A stretch of 64,000 bases of DNA from Candidatus Magasanikiibacteriota bacterium (GCA_026396515.1 JAPLWQ010000003.1:291569-355568), one strand, 5' to 3'. Positions 27,767 to 37,148 are shown, counted from the stretch's first letter. Numbers and translations are program-made. The notes: generated by a model from the letters alone, not told the origin.

Positions 27767-28951
27767 TTATTCAATTTCTCCCCCGCCCAAACATTCGCCT
27801 CTTAAATATAACACCGCGAATTGTCCAGGCGTGACCGCTCTTTGCGGTTTATGGAATTTAACTATTAGATTGCTTCGGCCTTTGGCCTCGCAATGACACG
27901 ATTGCAACAGCTGCCGATGTCTTAACCTTACCTCACATTTTAGCGGAAATTTCGGCGCCCGTCCAGCAATCCAGTTAACGTCTTTAACAGTAATTTCTCG
28001 TTTTGAAAGCAGAGGGTCGTTTTCATGTCCGACTACTAATTCATTCATTTTTATGTTTTTTCCCACTACGTAAAACGGTTTAGAGAAGTCGTCGCGAAGC
28101 GACTCCATTGTTTTGACTTTCACCCCTATTCTCTCCCCTATTGTATAAAAAGCCAAGCCGTCATGCTCGCCGGCCACTTCATCGTTCCCTCTCCCCCCTT
28201 CCCCCTCTCGGGCAGAGGGGGACAATAAAATTTTGCCCTTTTTTCGTTCAATTTTTTTCATTAAAAACTTTTTCATCGGCACTTCACCAATAAAACAAAT
28301 TCCCATACTTTCTTCTTTGTCGGCCGTGGGTAATTTAAACTCTTTCGCTAAGGCGCGCACTCTTAATTTAGTGTATTTACCGATCGGAAATAATACATGT
28401 TTTAATTGCGCTTGACTCAATTGATGCAAAAAATATGTTTGGTCTTTATTTTCGTCTTTGGCGGATATTAAGCGTAAACTTTTGACTTTTGACTTTTGAC
28501 TTTTGACTTCCCGCCGAAGGCGGGCATAATGTCCGGTGGCCAAATAATCGAAGCCTAGCTCTTTTGCCTTATCAAGCCAAACACCGAATTTCACATATTT
28601 ATTGCACAATACATCCGGGTTCGGCGTCCGGCCGGCGCGGTATTCGCGATACATATAATCCAAAACCATTTTTTTGTATTCTTTTACAAAGTTCAGCCGG
28701 ACAAGCGGTATGCCGAGCTTAGCCGCCACGCGCAGTGCGTCCTGATAGTCTCCACGCCAACAACTGCCGCCGAGATCATCTGTCGCGTCGCTATAATTAA
28801 CCATATACGCGCCGGTGACATCAAAACCCGCCTTCACCAAAAGTGCGGCGGCAACGGAAGAGTCTACCCCTCCGCTCATGGCGACTAAAACTTTAGTTTT
28901 CTTCATACATTCCATTATATCTAATCTGCCTATTTTTTCAAATATTTTCAT
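27767..28951 (-). CDS. mnmA: tRNA 2-thiouridine(34) synthase MnmA
   Basis: PP-loop SGGVDSS near the N-terminus and MnmA-type Cys residues, with a Gly/Glu-rich insertion (SAREGEGGRGNDEVAGE). A 7-nt x4 tandem repeat lies in the coding sequence. Confidence 0.9.
   Translation of the reverse strand: MKIFEKIGRLDIMECMKKTKVLVAMSGGVDSSVAAALLVKAGFDVTGAYMVNYSDATDDLGGSCWRGDYQDALRVAAKLGIPLVRLNFVKEYKKMVLDYMYREYRAGRTPNPDVLCNKYVKFGVWLDKAKELGFDYLATGHYARLRREVKSQKSKVKSLRLISAKDENKDQTYFLHQLSQAQLKHVLFPIGKYTKLRVRALAKEFKLPTADKEESMGICFIGEVPMKKFLMKKIERKKGKILLSPSAREGEGGRGNDEVAGEHDGLAFYTIGERIGVKVKTMESLRDDFSKPFYVVGKNIKMNELVVGHENDPLLSKREITVKDVNWIAGRAPKFPLKCEVRLRHRQLLQSCHCEAKGRSNLIVKFHKPQRAVTPGQFAVLYLRGECLGGGEIE
28479..28506. 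repeat. heptanucleotide tandem repeat (CTTTTGA)x4 inside the mnmA coding sequence (encodes ...KSQKSKVKS...)
   Basis: Direct reading of cttttgacttttgacttttgacttttga. Confidence 0.8.
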
Positions 28952-28993
28952 ATAAAAATACCGCGTAGATTATACGCGGTATTTTTTTGAAGT

Positions 28994-29350
28994 TTAAGCT
29001 GCGTTGCGTCTCGCGCGCAGACAGTCGGTGCAGTAAACCGGCTTATCACCCGTCGGTTCGAAGGGCAATTCGGTAATCTGCTTTCCGCAGTCAGCACAAT
29101 TCAGGTTGACCTGAAACTTCTGACTCGGAGCACGTCCGCGGCTACCGCCACCAAAACCACCACGACCGCCACCGCTGTTACCTCCGCCAAAACCGCTACC
29201 ACGCTTATCTTGCCAATAAGAGCGGTTGCACTCGGCACAGTATACTTTGCGATCGCCTGTCGGCTGAAATGGAAGCTCAGAGATGTGTGTACCGCAACGG
29301 GCACAAGTCAAATCCACGCTGAACTTCGGCTTATCGTCGCCAAATGACAT
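28994..29350 (-). CDS. tandem zinc-ribbon protein (two CxxC-x17-CxxC modules separated by a Gly/Arg-rich RGG-type linker)
   Basis: Internal duplication FSVDLTCARCGTHISELPFQPTGDRKVYCAECNR versus FQVNLNCADCGKQITELPFEPTGDKPVYCTDCLR. Linker GSGFGGGNSGGGRGGFGGGSRGR. Confidence 0.5.
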   Translation of the reverse strand: MSFGDDKPKFSVDLTCARCGTHISELPFQPTGDRKVYCAECNRSYWQDKRGSGFGGGNSGGGRGGFGGGSRGRAPSQKFQVNLNCADCGKQITELPFEPTGDKPVYCTDCLRARRNAA

Positions 29351-29505
29351 ATTATATACCTACTTTTTGTTCCCAAAATGTTTTTTGAGACAACTTAATT
29401 AAATCGACCCCACCCCATATTTGGGGTTATTCCGCATTACGCGGGCTTGCATTTGGGAACTACTAAATCGTGTTACCCAAAAATTGCAAAATAAGTGTAG
29501 CACAT

Positions 29506-31278
29506 TTAGACCGAAAAGTCAATTGGCTCTCCATCGTCAAGTTTCACCACCTGTCCGGGTCTTACAAACTTTGATTGAGCGGCCGGCTGGTGCGCCTGCG
29601 AAGGCTGATTTTTTGGTATTTCAGACGGACGAACAGTTGATAAAGGAATAACCGGAACAGCTTTTACGGGTTCGGCGTTATCCTCGTCAATTATCTGATT
29701 AACCGGACGCGGCGCCTTTCTAGGAGCATCATGAAACGACTTTTTATTTCTATCCTTATTAGACGCCGGCTTTCCCTGCGGTTTATAATCGTCTCGCTTC
29801 GGTTTTGCCGGCTCATGTTTTTCCACCGTCTTCTGTTCTTCCTTTTTTACGAAGTCGCCGAGTTTTTTTGGCGGCTCTCCATTCACGAGTACCGGACTTG
29901 GCGCTCCGGCTTCTGTTTTTGGTTCTAAATCATCCTCATCTTCCAACCCGCCGACTTCCATACCGCTCCAGCGCATAATTTTTTCCTCAATTTTATCACG
30001 CGCAATGCCGTAGCGTTCTCTGGAAACCCGGATAACTCTTTCAGCGCTGTCCGTCGGCGAACCGATCGGCGGCATGGACAGAGCGGAAAACGGCCGCGAA
30101 GAAACTCCATCTATCATTAGTTTAAGATAGATGTTGAACTTTGGCAGATTAACCAGGTCTTCCTCGGTAAAAATCGGTGAAAATTCTTTAACCAAAACCT
30201 CCGCGTCTGTTGAACCAACTCTATAAGTAACCAGACTACCGACGTTGCCGATGACCGCGGCCAGCACAGTTTCATCCAGTTGTTCCATGTACTGGTGGGC
30301 CATTATAAGGCCAAGCCGATATTTTCTTGCCTCTGATAATATATTGGCAAAACTCTCCGTGGCAAAGTTCTGAAACTCATCAACGTATAAAAAGAAATCT
30401 TTGCGTTCTTTTTCCGGAATATCCACGCGCTCCATGGCCGAAAGCTGAATTTTAGTAATCAACATACCGCCCAAAAGCCGGGAATTATCTTCGCCGATTC
30501 TGCCCTTGGAAAGATTCATTATAAAAATCTTCTTGGTATCCATTATTTCCCTGATATTTATTTTCGATTTTACCTGCGCCACAATATTTCTGATAACCGA
30601 GGCGGATAAAAACTGGCCGATCTTATTTTGGATTGGGGCGACCGCTTCCTGTTTATAGCGGTCATTATAGGCGGCGAATTCAGTTTCCCAAAATGCTTTA
30701 ACCACCGGGTCTTTAAGATTCCTCACTACCCTCTCGCGATATTCTTTGTCGGCCAATAAGCGATTTATACCGAGCAAGGTGGTATCGGGAAAATCCAGCA
30801 GCGCCAAAATAGTATTATTTAAAATGTATTCCATTCTGGAGCTCCACATATCCACCCAGATTTTTTTGAATACGCCCATTAGGCCGGAAGCAACAAGATG
30901 TTTATGCTCCGGGTTTACCATCTCGAACATATTAAAACCGACCGGATAATTAATATCAGCCGGATTAAAATATACAACATCGTTGATCCGGTTGGCCGGA
31001 ATGAAATTGATAATTTTTTCGGCAAAATCGCCGTGCGGATCCACCAGCCCCACGCCATGCCCGGCGTAAATATCATTGAGCACCATATTTTCCAACATGG
31101 TGGTTTTACCCATACCGGTTTTTCCCACCACATACATATGGCGGCGGCGGTCGTCCAATTTCACGCCAAACTTGCGGAACTGATTGCGGTAGTTTGTTAA
31201 GCCAAAATAGTTGACATTCGGGTCAACTTCTATGGGCGGCTTTTTCTCATCCGCTGAATTTGTCATCATGTCTGCCAT
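29506..31278 (-). CDS. soluble P-loop NTPase of the VirD4/TraG-VirB4/TraC-HerA-FtsK superfamily (DUF87/AAA_10-like) with ~170-aa disordered Lys/Pro-rich C-terminal tail
   Basis: Walker A VVGKTGMGKTT followed by GLVDPHGD. Walker B-like FFLYVDEFQNF. No TM segments. The tail ...EPKTEAGAPSPVLVNGEPPKKLGDFVKKEEQKTVEKHEPAKPKRDDYKPQGKP... is low complexity. Confidence 0.6.
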   Translation of the reverse strand: MADMMTNSADEKKPPIEVDPNVNYFGLTNYRNQFRKFGVKLDDRRRHMYVVGKTGMGKTTMLENMVLNDIYAGHGVGLVDPHGDFAEKIINFIPANRINDVVYFNPADINYPVGFNMFEMVNPEHKHLVASGLMGVFKKIWVDMWSSRMEYILNNTILALLDFPDTTLLGINRLLADKEYRERVVRNLKDPVVKAFWETEFAAYNDRYKQEAVAPIQNKIGQFLSASVIRNIVAQVKSKINIREIMDTKKIFIMNLSKGRIGEDNSRLLGGMLITKIQLSAMERVDIPEKERKDFFLYVDEFQNFATESFANILSEARKYRLGLIMAHQYMEQLDETVLAAVIGNVGSLVTYRVGSTDAEVLVKEFSPIFTEEDLVNLPKFNIYLKLMIDGVSSRPFSALSMPPIGSPTDSAERVIRVSRERYGIARDKIEEKIMRWSGMEVGGLEDEDDLEPKTEAGAPSPVLVNGEPPKKLGDFVKKEEQKTVEKHEPAKPKRDDYKPQGKPASNKDRNKKSFHDAPRKAPRPVNQIIDEDNAEPVKAVPVIPLSTVRPSEIPKNQPSQAHQPAAQSKFVRPGQVVKLDDGEPIDFSV

Positions 31279-31285
31279 AGCGTGT

Positions 31286-31291
31286 ATTATA
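31286..31291 (-). promoter_or_regulatory. -10 box TATAAT placed 7 nt upstream of the ATPase ATG (candidate leaderless transcript start)
   Basis: Minus-strand reading ...ggtgTATAATacacgctATGgcagac. No Shine-Dalgarno sequence in between. Confidence 0.3.
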
Positions 31292-31310
31292 CACCAAAAA
31301 ATGCGGCTTG

Positions 31311-31709
31311 TTAACTGAAAAGCTTAGCAATTTCCGCCACATCTATTTTTTCTTGTCCTTTAATTGAATGTACTGACCCCCCGCCGTCGCCTTGCCAGCG
31401 CGGGAAAATATGCCAGTGCACATGCGGTACTACTTGGCCGGCTGCCGGGCGGTCATTGAGTCCGATATTCATCCCTTCCGGTTTAATCACCTCATTTACC
31501 CGTCTGGCCGCGGCTGACAAACCGGTGGAAAATTTCGTCCGGTCTTCCGAAGAAAAGTCAAAAATACTGTTGACATGTTTTTTCGGCACAACTACCGTAT
31601 GACCTTTGGCATGTGGAAATATATCCAAAAAAGCCAAAACATTATCATCTTCATACACCTTATGGCAAGGAACTTCTCCGGCCACAATTTTACAAAAAAT
31701 GCATTCCAT
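31311..31709 (-). CDS. HIT family (histidine triad) nucleotide hydrolase/transferase
   Basis: HxHxHxx motif (VPHVHWHIFPR). HINT-like size of 132 aa. Confidence 0.85.
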   Translation of the reverse strand: MECIFCKIVAGEVPCHKVYEDDNVLAFLDIFPHAKGHTVVVPKKHVNSIFDFSSEDRTKFSTGLSAAARRVNEVIKPEGMNIGLNDRPAAGQVVPHVHWHIFPRWQGDGGGSVHSIKGQEKIDVAEIAKLFS

Positions 31710-31717
31710 AAAATTAC

Positions 31718-33793
31718 TTATATTAATATTTTACTTTCAACGATATTGTTAATAATCAAATAACATTTGTTCGTACCGGTAAGTTCCGCGGCCCTTTTCC
31801 AGAGCTTCTCGTTTGGCGATTGTTTAAAATCCTCATATAAAGCAACAAGTTCCGGCTGGCCGAAATTTTTATCAATTGGAAAACCTCCGCCGATTACTTT
31901 TTTCGCCGATACGGCTTCAAGCGCGAGCAACTGATAAGTATCGCCGATAACGCAATATTTTTTGTCCTGCTTCATTTCCTGCCAAATTTTGCCGGCTGTC
32001 TCATATTCAGCGACTCCCATTGCGCGCGACACCGGGCCGAGCGAATACGACGAGGCGATTGCCGCGGCGCCAATAATAATAATCAGAAGTGAAGCAAACT
32101 GGCTTTTTTCAAAAACTTTTTCAACGGCCTTAAATAGAAAAAATATTCCAATAAGGGCGAGCGTCGCATCAAGCCGCCTGCTCAAAATATGGTCGCCGAT
32201 TAAAACATATCTGCTGATAAAATAGCCGGTGTAAACGCCGATACCCAGTATCGCCAGCCATTTTTCTCGGACCAGCCCGCTCTTCAACAATTTGACAAGT
32301 CCAAATATTATTCCGGAAAAAACGAGCAGCATCAGAACCGGTATCCACCAGCGCCATACGGTCAAGCCGTTTGGCACAAATGCATTTAGCGGCGTTTGAT
32401 TGAAAAATACATTTCCCGTGTCAATAATATGCGACCGCGGACCGCTGGCCAAATAATAACCGGTTAAATTGCCGACCGCCTGCACTGATGAAGAAAAAAT
32501 ATTATTGGCGCTAAATTTTGCATACCCGGCGGATAATTCAATAAACGGAATAAATATTATAGCCGCAAAAATTATCATTGCATAAATAATTCTACCGGTC
32601 AGAACGGATTTAATATTTTTAATCCAATTTATTGATTCAAAAAGAAGCCATACGAACCAAAACAAAATAAAATACAGCGCATAGCCAAAGAGAGAGAAAA
32701 TTCCCAAAGCGGACAACAAAAAGACCTGTTCACGGCGTTTGCATTCCCCTCTCCTGATGATTAGCAAAAGAAAAAACAAGAAAATTACAAAGCCATAGTT
32801 CACGGGCAGTGAAAATGAACCGGCCGCCTGAAGAGCAAACGGCCATAGTCCAAACCAGGATAAAAGAAGCGACTTCCTTTTCCCCCAGCCAAGCGATGAT
32901 CCGATTTCATATAATAACAGCGGAACGAGAAGCGAAAATAATATCGGCTGAAACCATGCAATTAGCGGAACAAGCCCGACATCCAACGAACGTGAAAGAA
33001 CGCTTAGCGTGCCCCAGAACTGGCTATAGGAAAAAAGTCCGGGATTCAATTTATCAATCCAGCCGGCGTCATCGGCAAAATTCTGAACTGACAATGGTTC
33101 TTCTGCAACCACCCGCTCAATTGAAGCAATGTGGCGCCATCCGTCCGCACCATAAAATAATCGATGGGACATGGGCAAATATGCCGCCATCATAAATGTC
33201 TGAAGAACAAGTAGAAATAATAACGTCTTAGTTTTAAAATTAGAAAAAAACAATCCGCCCAATGTCAGTGCTGCCAAAAAAAACAGGTAAACATAATTAA
33301 TCGGTATCACCTGCCAAGGCGTTTCAATCATGAAACCGGTGCGGTATTGCCAAAGCAAAAACAATCCAAAAACGAAAAAAACCAAATAAGCCCAAAAATA
33401 TATTTTGCTTTGCGGTATTACAACAACTTCTTCTTGAGCCGCTTCGGCAATTTCCGTATTTTTAGCTTTTGTCGCCCAATTATCGAGCAATTGAGAAACC
33501 ACCCCCACCAGAACCATTGCCAGGGAAAGCAACTCGGCAGTAAGTTTATAAAAAACAATTAGAGCGCCACACAGCCAGCCGAGCAGAATAAAAGCGGCAA
33601 AGGCGCCATATAGCTTTGTTCTGGCATTCGGAGAAAAATAAAAAAACTTTATCAGCGCTTTTTCAAAACCGTCTGATACAAACCAGAAAAACAACAGCAA
33701 AATAAGCCCGCCAATCCATGGCAGACGCCAATATTCGATATTAAAAAATAGCAGCAGGACGGTGGAAAAGATTGTCAGTAGTCGGCTTAGCAT
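31718..33793 (-). CDS. large polytopic membrane protein (about 14+ TM helices plus ~100-aa C-terminal soluble domain); possible GT-C-type glycosyltransferase
   Basis: Hydrophobicity pattern only. No signature strong enough for a family call. Confidence 0.5.
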   Translation of the reverse strand: MLSRLLTIFSTVLLLFFNIEYWRLPWIGGLILLLFFWFVSDGFEKALIKFFYFSPNARTKLYGAFAAFILLGWLCGALIVFYKLTAELLSLAMVLVGVVSQLLDNWATKAKNTEIAEAAQEEVVVIPQSKIYFWAYLVFFVFGLFLLWQYRTGFMIETPWQVIPINYVYLFFLAALTLGGLFFSNFKTKTLLFLLVLQTFMMAAYLPMSHRLFYGADGWRHIASIERVVAEEPLSVQNFADDAGWIDKLNPGLFSYSQFWGTLSVLSRSLDVGLVPLIAWFQPILFSLLVPLLLYEIGSSLGWGKRKSLLLSWFGLWPFALQAAGSFSLPVNYGFVIFLFFLLLIIRRGECKRREQVFLLSALGIFSLFGYALYFILFWFVWLLFESINWIKNIKSVLTGRIIYAMIIFAAIIFIPFIELSAGYAKFSANNIFSSSVQAVGNLTGYYLASGPRSHIIDTGNVFFNQTPLNAFVPNGLTVWRWWIPVLMLLVFSGIIFGLVKLLKSGLVREKWLAILGIGVYTGYFISRYVLIGDHILSRRLDATLALIGIFFLFKAVEKVFEKSQFASLLIIIIGAAAIASSYSLGPVSRAMGVAEYETAGKIWQEMKQDKKYCVIGDTYQLLALEAVSAKKVIGGGFPIDKNFGQPELVALYEDFKQSPNEKLWKRAAELTGTNKCYLIINNIVESKILI

Positions 33794-33879
33794 AGACGTT
33801 ATTAGCTTGCATTATATTAAATATTGACAAAAAAAGCAAAACGAACTACATTGAACCGAATGCTACAAAGGAGGCACAT

Positions 33880-34530
33880 ATGGAGCGGCTCTTTTCAAAG
33901 TCATACGGCTGGTTAAACCGGCACTTGGAAAATCAGGTCGTATGGGTTATGCCTCTTTGGCTCAGCCCGAATATGGTCACGATTTTCCGGACGATTCTCG
34001 TTGTTCCGATCGTAATGCTGGTCTTATATGGCTATATGGCGGCGGCAATAACCATGTTCGTCTTCGCCGGCATTCTTGATTATGTCGACGGCGCACTGGC
34101 GAGAGGCCGAAATGAGGTGTCGGAACTGGGAAAATTTCTGGATCCCATTTCGGATAAAATATTCTTCTCCGCCATCGCCCTGCCTCTGTCAATCGGCCTT
34201 TTCACGCTGTCGCCGAACGATTTTCGCGCGATAATCATCCTGGTTCTCTGCCTCATTTCGTCGGCCAGCGAAATGACCCTCTCAATTGTCCGGACACGAG
34301 ATTTCATTCATAACCGATCGGGCGCGCAGAATAAACGCGAACTGAAGGCAACCTACGCCGGTAAGTTCAAATTCGACCTGCAAGCCATCGGTCTTGGCGC
34401 TTTGGTCGTCGCCTATCCCAACCCGGTTCATCCGCTCATTTGGGTGGGAATCGCGACTCTCGCGCTGTCCCTTCCCTTCGCCTGCTTGTCCATTGCCCAC
34501 AAACATCGCCAGCCCATTGAAAGCCGCTAA
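33880..34530 (+). CDS. CDP-alcohol phosphatidyltransferase family protein
   Basis: Signature D-G-x2-A-R-x8-G-x3-D-x3-D (DYVDGALARGRNEVSELGKFLDPISDKIF). Strong SD AAAGGAGG 8 nt upstream of the ATG. Confidence 0.8.
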   Translation: MERLFSKSYGWLNRHLENQVVWVMPLWLSPNMVTIFRTILVVPIVMLVLYGYMAAAITMFVFAGILDYVDGALARGRNEVSELGKFLDPISDKIFFSAIALPLSIGLFTLSPNDFRAIIILVLCLISSASEMTLSIVRTRDFIHNRSGAQNKRELKATYAGKFKFDLQAIGLGALVVAYPNPVHPLIWVGIATLALSLPFACLSIAHKHRQPIESR

Positions 34531-34545
34531 AAAAGCGGCTTTTTT
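34519..34545 (+). terminator. candidate intrinsic terminator overlapping the stop of the CDP-alcohol phosphatidyltransferase gene
   Basis: aagccgc-taaaaaa-gcggctt hairpin followed by ttttt. Confidence 0.45.
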
Positions 34546-34673
34546 CATCAACAACTTACGCACATCTTATCCTTAATTTTCCCTTGCTAAAGCCATACGT
34601 CTGCGATAATATACACGAGCTAAATCGGACAAGGAGGATCCCGTTTTTTTAGGGGTTCTCTTTTTGAAAAAAT

Positions 34674-36137
34674 ATGACTGACAATCAAATTGATAAAATT
34701 CCTCCACAAAGCTTGGAAGCCGAGATGTCACTGCTCGGTTCTCTTTTGATTGATAAAGAAGCAATATTAAAAATCGCCGATATTGTTTCAATGGAAGATT
34801 TCTATAAAACCGGCCACGCCAAAATTTACGAAACAATTATTGAATTGTATTCTCACAACGAACCGGTTGATTTATTAACTTTAAGCAACCGCCTTAAGGA
34901 GAAAAACCTGCTGGAAGGCATTGGTGGAAAATCATATTTGGTAGCCTTGGCCGACTCGGTGCCGACCGCTTCCAACGTGGCCAACTACGCTCATATCGTG
35001 CACCGCAAGGCAACCCGCCGTCGGCTTCTCGGCGCCGCTCATGAAATAAGCCGGTTGGGTTATGCCGAAGAAGGAGAAATGGACGATGTTCTGGATGAAG
35101 CGCAGCGGCACTTATTCGGCGTGTCGCAAAATTATTTTAAACAGACATTTACTCCGATCCGCGGTGTGCTTGCCGACGCTTTCGACCGCATTGACGAATT
35201 GCATAAAAATAAAGGCCAGTTGCGCGGGCTTGCCAGCGGCATTATTCAGCTCGACCAATTGCTCGGCGGTTTTCAAAAATCCGATCTGGTTGTAATAGCC
35301 GCCCGTCCGAGCGTGGGAAAAACTTCACTGGCTTTGGATTTTGTCAGACACATCGGCACAAAATTAAAGGTTCCGATCGGTATGTTTTCTTTGGAAATGA
35401 GCAAGGAGCAAGTGGTTGACCGTTTGCTCTGTGCCGAGGCCAATATTGACCTATGGCGTTTGCGCAGCGGACAATTGTCCGACCGCCCGGAAGCGGATGA
35501 TTTCCCGCGAATCGGCCACGCTATCGGCACTCTTTCCGAGGCGCCCATATTTATCGACGACTCTCCCAATATAAACATTCTGCAATTGCGCACCAAAGCC
35601 CGCCGTCTGCAGGCGGAACACGGGCTGGGCTTAATTGTTATTGATTATCTTCAGCTGATGGAATCGCGCGGCAGTCAGGAAAATCGGGTTCAGGAAGTAT
35701 CTGAAATTACCCGCGGTCTCAAGGGTATTGCCAGGGAATTAAACGTTCCGGTAATCGCGCTGTCCCAGCTTTCTCGCGTGGTGGAGCAAAGCAAGCCGGC
35801 TATTCCAAAACTCTCTCATTTGCGCGAGTCCGGCTCAATCGAACAAGATGCCGATGTTGTTATGTTTATCTACAGAAAGTCGGCTGACCGGAATTACCGC
35901 AAAGAAGAAATCTCGCCGGATGAAAGGTACATTGCCGAACTGCAAATTGCCAAACACAGAAACGGCCCGGTCGGTCTGGTTAAAGTTTTCTTCAATGAAG
36001 CCTGCACTTCATTTAAAAATCTCGACACTCAGAAACACAATTTATCCAATGCAAATATTCCGCAAGCGCCGGTTAAGCTCCGCCCCAAATCGGATTTTGT
36101 GAAACCGCCGGACACGCCGGAAACTCCGCCAATGTAA
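34674..36137 (+). CDS. dnaB: replicative DNA helicase DnaB
   Basis: DnaB N-terminal domain (PPQSLEAEMSLLGSLLID), Walker A (ARPSVGKTSLAL), and RecA-like C-terminal motifs. No intein. Confidence 0.95.
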   Translation: MTDNQIDKIPPQSLEAEMSLLGSLLIDKEAILKIADIVSMEDFYKTGHAKIYETIIELYSHNEPVDLLTLSNRLKEKNLLEGIGGKSYLVALADSVPTASNVANYAHIVHRKATRRRLLGAAHEISRLGYAEEGEMDDVLDEAQRHLFGVSQNYFKQTFTPIRGVLADAFDRIDELHKNKGQLRGLASGIIQLDQLLGGFQKSDLVVIAARPSVGKTSLALDFVRHIGTKLKVPIGMFSLEMSKEQVVDRLLCAEANIDLWRLRSGQLSDRPEADDFPRIGHAIGTLSEAPIFIDDSPNINILQLRTKARRLQAEHGLGLIVIDYLQLMESRGSQENRVQEVSEITRGLKGIARELNVPVIALSQLSRVVEQSKPAIPKLSHLRESGSIEQDADVVMFIYRKSADRNYRKEEISPDERYIAELQIAKHRNGPVGLVKVFFNEACTSFKNLDTQKHNLSNANIPQAPVKLRPKSDFVKPPDTPETPPM

Positions 36138-36196
36138 TTTTTCGGGATAATTTGATATAATTAAATCTGTCTTTTTAATTTGCTAAATATAACATT

Positions 36197-36508
36197 ATGT
36201 CCGTCTTCACTAAGCTCAAACAATTCAAGGACCTGCGCGACCAGGGAAAGCGCCTACAAGGCGCGTTAAGCGGCGAATCAGCGACTTGCGAAGCCGCCTT
36301 CGGCAAAGTCTCAGTCACTATGGACGGATCATTAAGCATCACCCAAATTAAAATTGACGATGAGCTGATGTCGCCCGACAAAAAAGATAAGGTTCAAAGC
36401 GCCATTAAAGACGCGCACAATGACGCGCTGAAAAAAATGCAGCGAACTGTGGCGACAAAAATGCAGCAGATGGGCGGCTTTGATCTGCCTGGGATGAAAT
36501 CTTCCTAA
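36197..36508 (+). CDS. ybaB: YbaB/EbfC family nucleoid-associated protein
   Basis: About 100 aa with YbaB-like N-terminus (LKQFKDLRDQGKRLQ...) and C-terminal MQQMGGFDLPGM. Confidence 0.85.
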   Translation: MSVFTKLKQFKDLRDQGKRLQGALSGESATCEAAFGKVSVTMDGSLSITQIKIDDELMSPDKKDKVQSAIKDAHNDALKKMQRTVATKMQQMGGFDLPGMKSS

Positions 36509-36517
36509 AAATTATTT

Positions 36518-37114
36518 ATGTACTCCGCGCCAATCAACAATCTGATTGAAGCGCTTAAAAAGCTTCCCTCGGTCGGACAAAAAACGGCCGAGCGTTTTGT
36601 TTTCCACTGGCTGGCCTCCGGAAAAAAAGAGGTTAATGAATTGAGAGAGTCGCTTGACGATTTGCTAAAAAAAGTTAAAAGCTGCGAAATTTGCTGGAAT
36701 TTTTCTGATGCTTCACCCTGCTCTATTTGCGCCAGCTCAAAACGAGACCAATCAATCGTTTGTGTTGTGGCCGAGGTTCCGGATATTACAGCCATTGAAA
36801 AAACCAACGAATACAGCGGGGCTTATCACGTCTTACGCGGTTTAGTAGATGCAGCCGAGGAAAACAACGCCATAGGAGATATTAAAACTAACGAACTGTG
36901 GAAACGGCTGGAAACCAAAAAAATTAAGGAAGTGATTCTGGCTCTAAATCAAGATATGCCGGGAGAAACCACAGCTATGTACCTTGAGCGGGAAATTAAA
37001 AAGAAGTGGCCGGCTATTAAAGTCACCCGGCTGGCGCGAGGATTACCGATGGGGTCAGATCTGCAATACGCCGATGAGGTCACCCTAGGAAGCGCTCTGA
37101 AGAATAGGCATTAA
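36518..37114 (+). CDS. recR: recombination protein RecR
   Basis: HhH N-terminus (LIEALKKLPSVGQKTAERF), C4 zinc finger (CEIC...CSIC), and Toprim domain. Conserved ybaB-recR pair. Confidence 0.9.
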   Translation: MYSAPINNLIEALKKLPSVGQKTAERFVFHWLASGKKEVNELRESLDDLLKKVKSCEICWNFSDASPCSICASSKRDQSIVCVVAEVPDITAIEKTNEYSGAYHVLRGLVDAAEENNAIGDIKTNELWKRLETKKIKEVILALNQDMPGETTAMYLEREIKKKWPAIKVTRLARGLPMGSDLQYADEVTLGSALKNRH

Positions 37115-37148
37115 AAAAACCCCGACCTTACGTCGGGGTTTTTCTTTT
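37115..37148. terminator. bidirectional intrinsic terminator between recR (+) and rplU (-)
   Basis: aaaaaaa-ccccgac-cttac-gtcgggg-tttttctttt. Confidence 0.65.
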
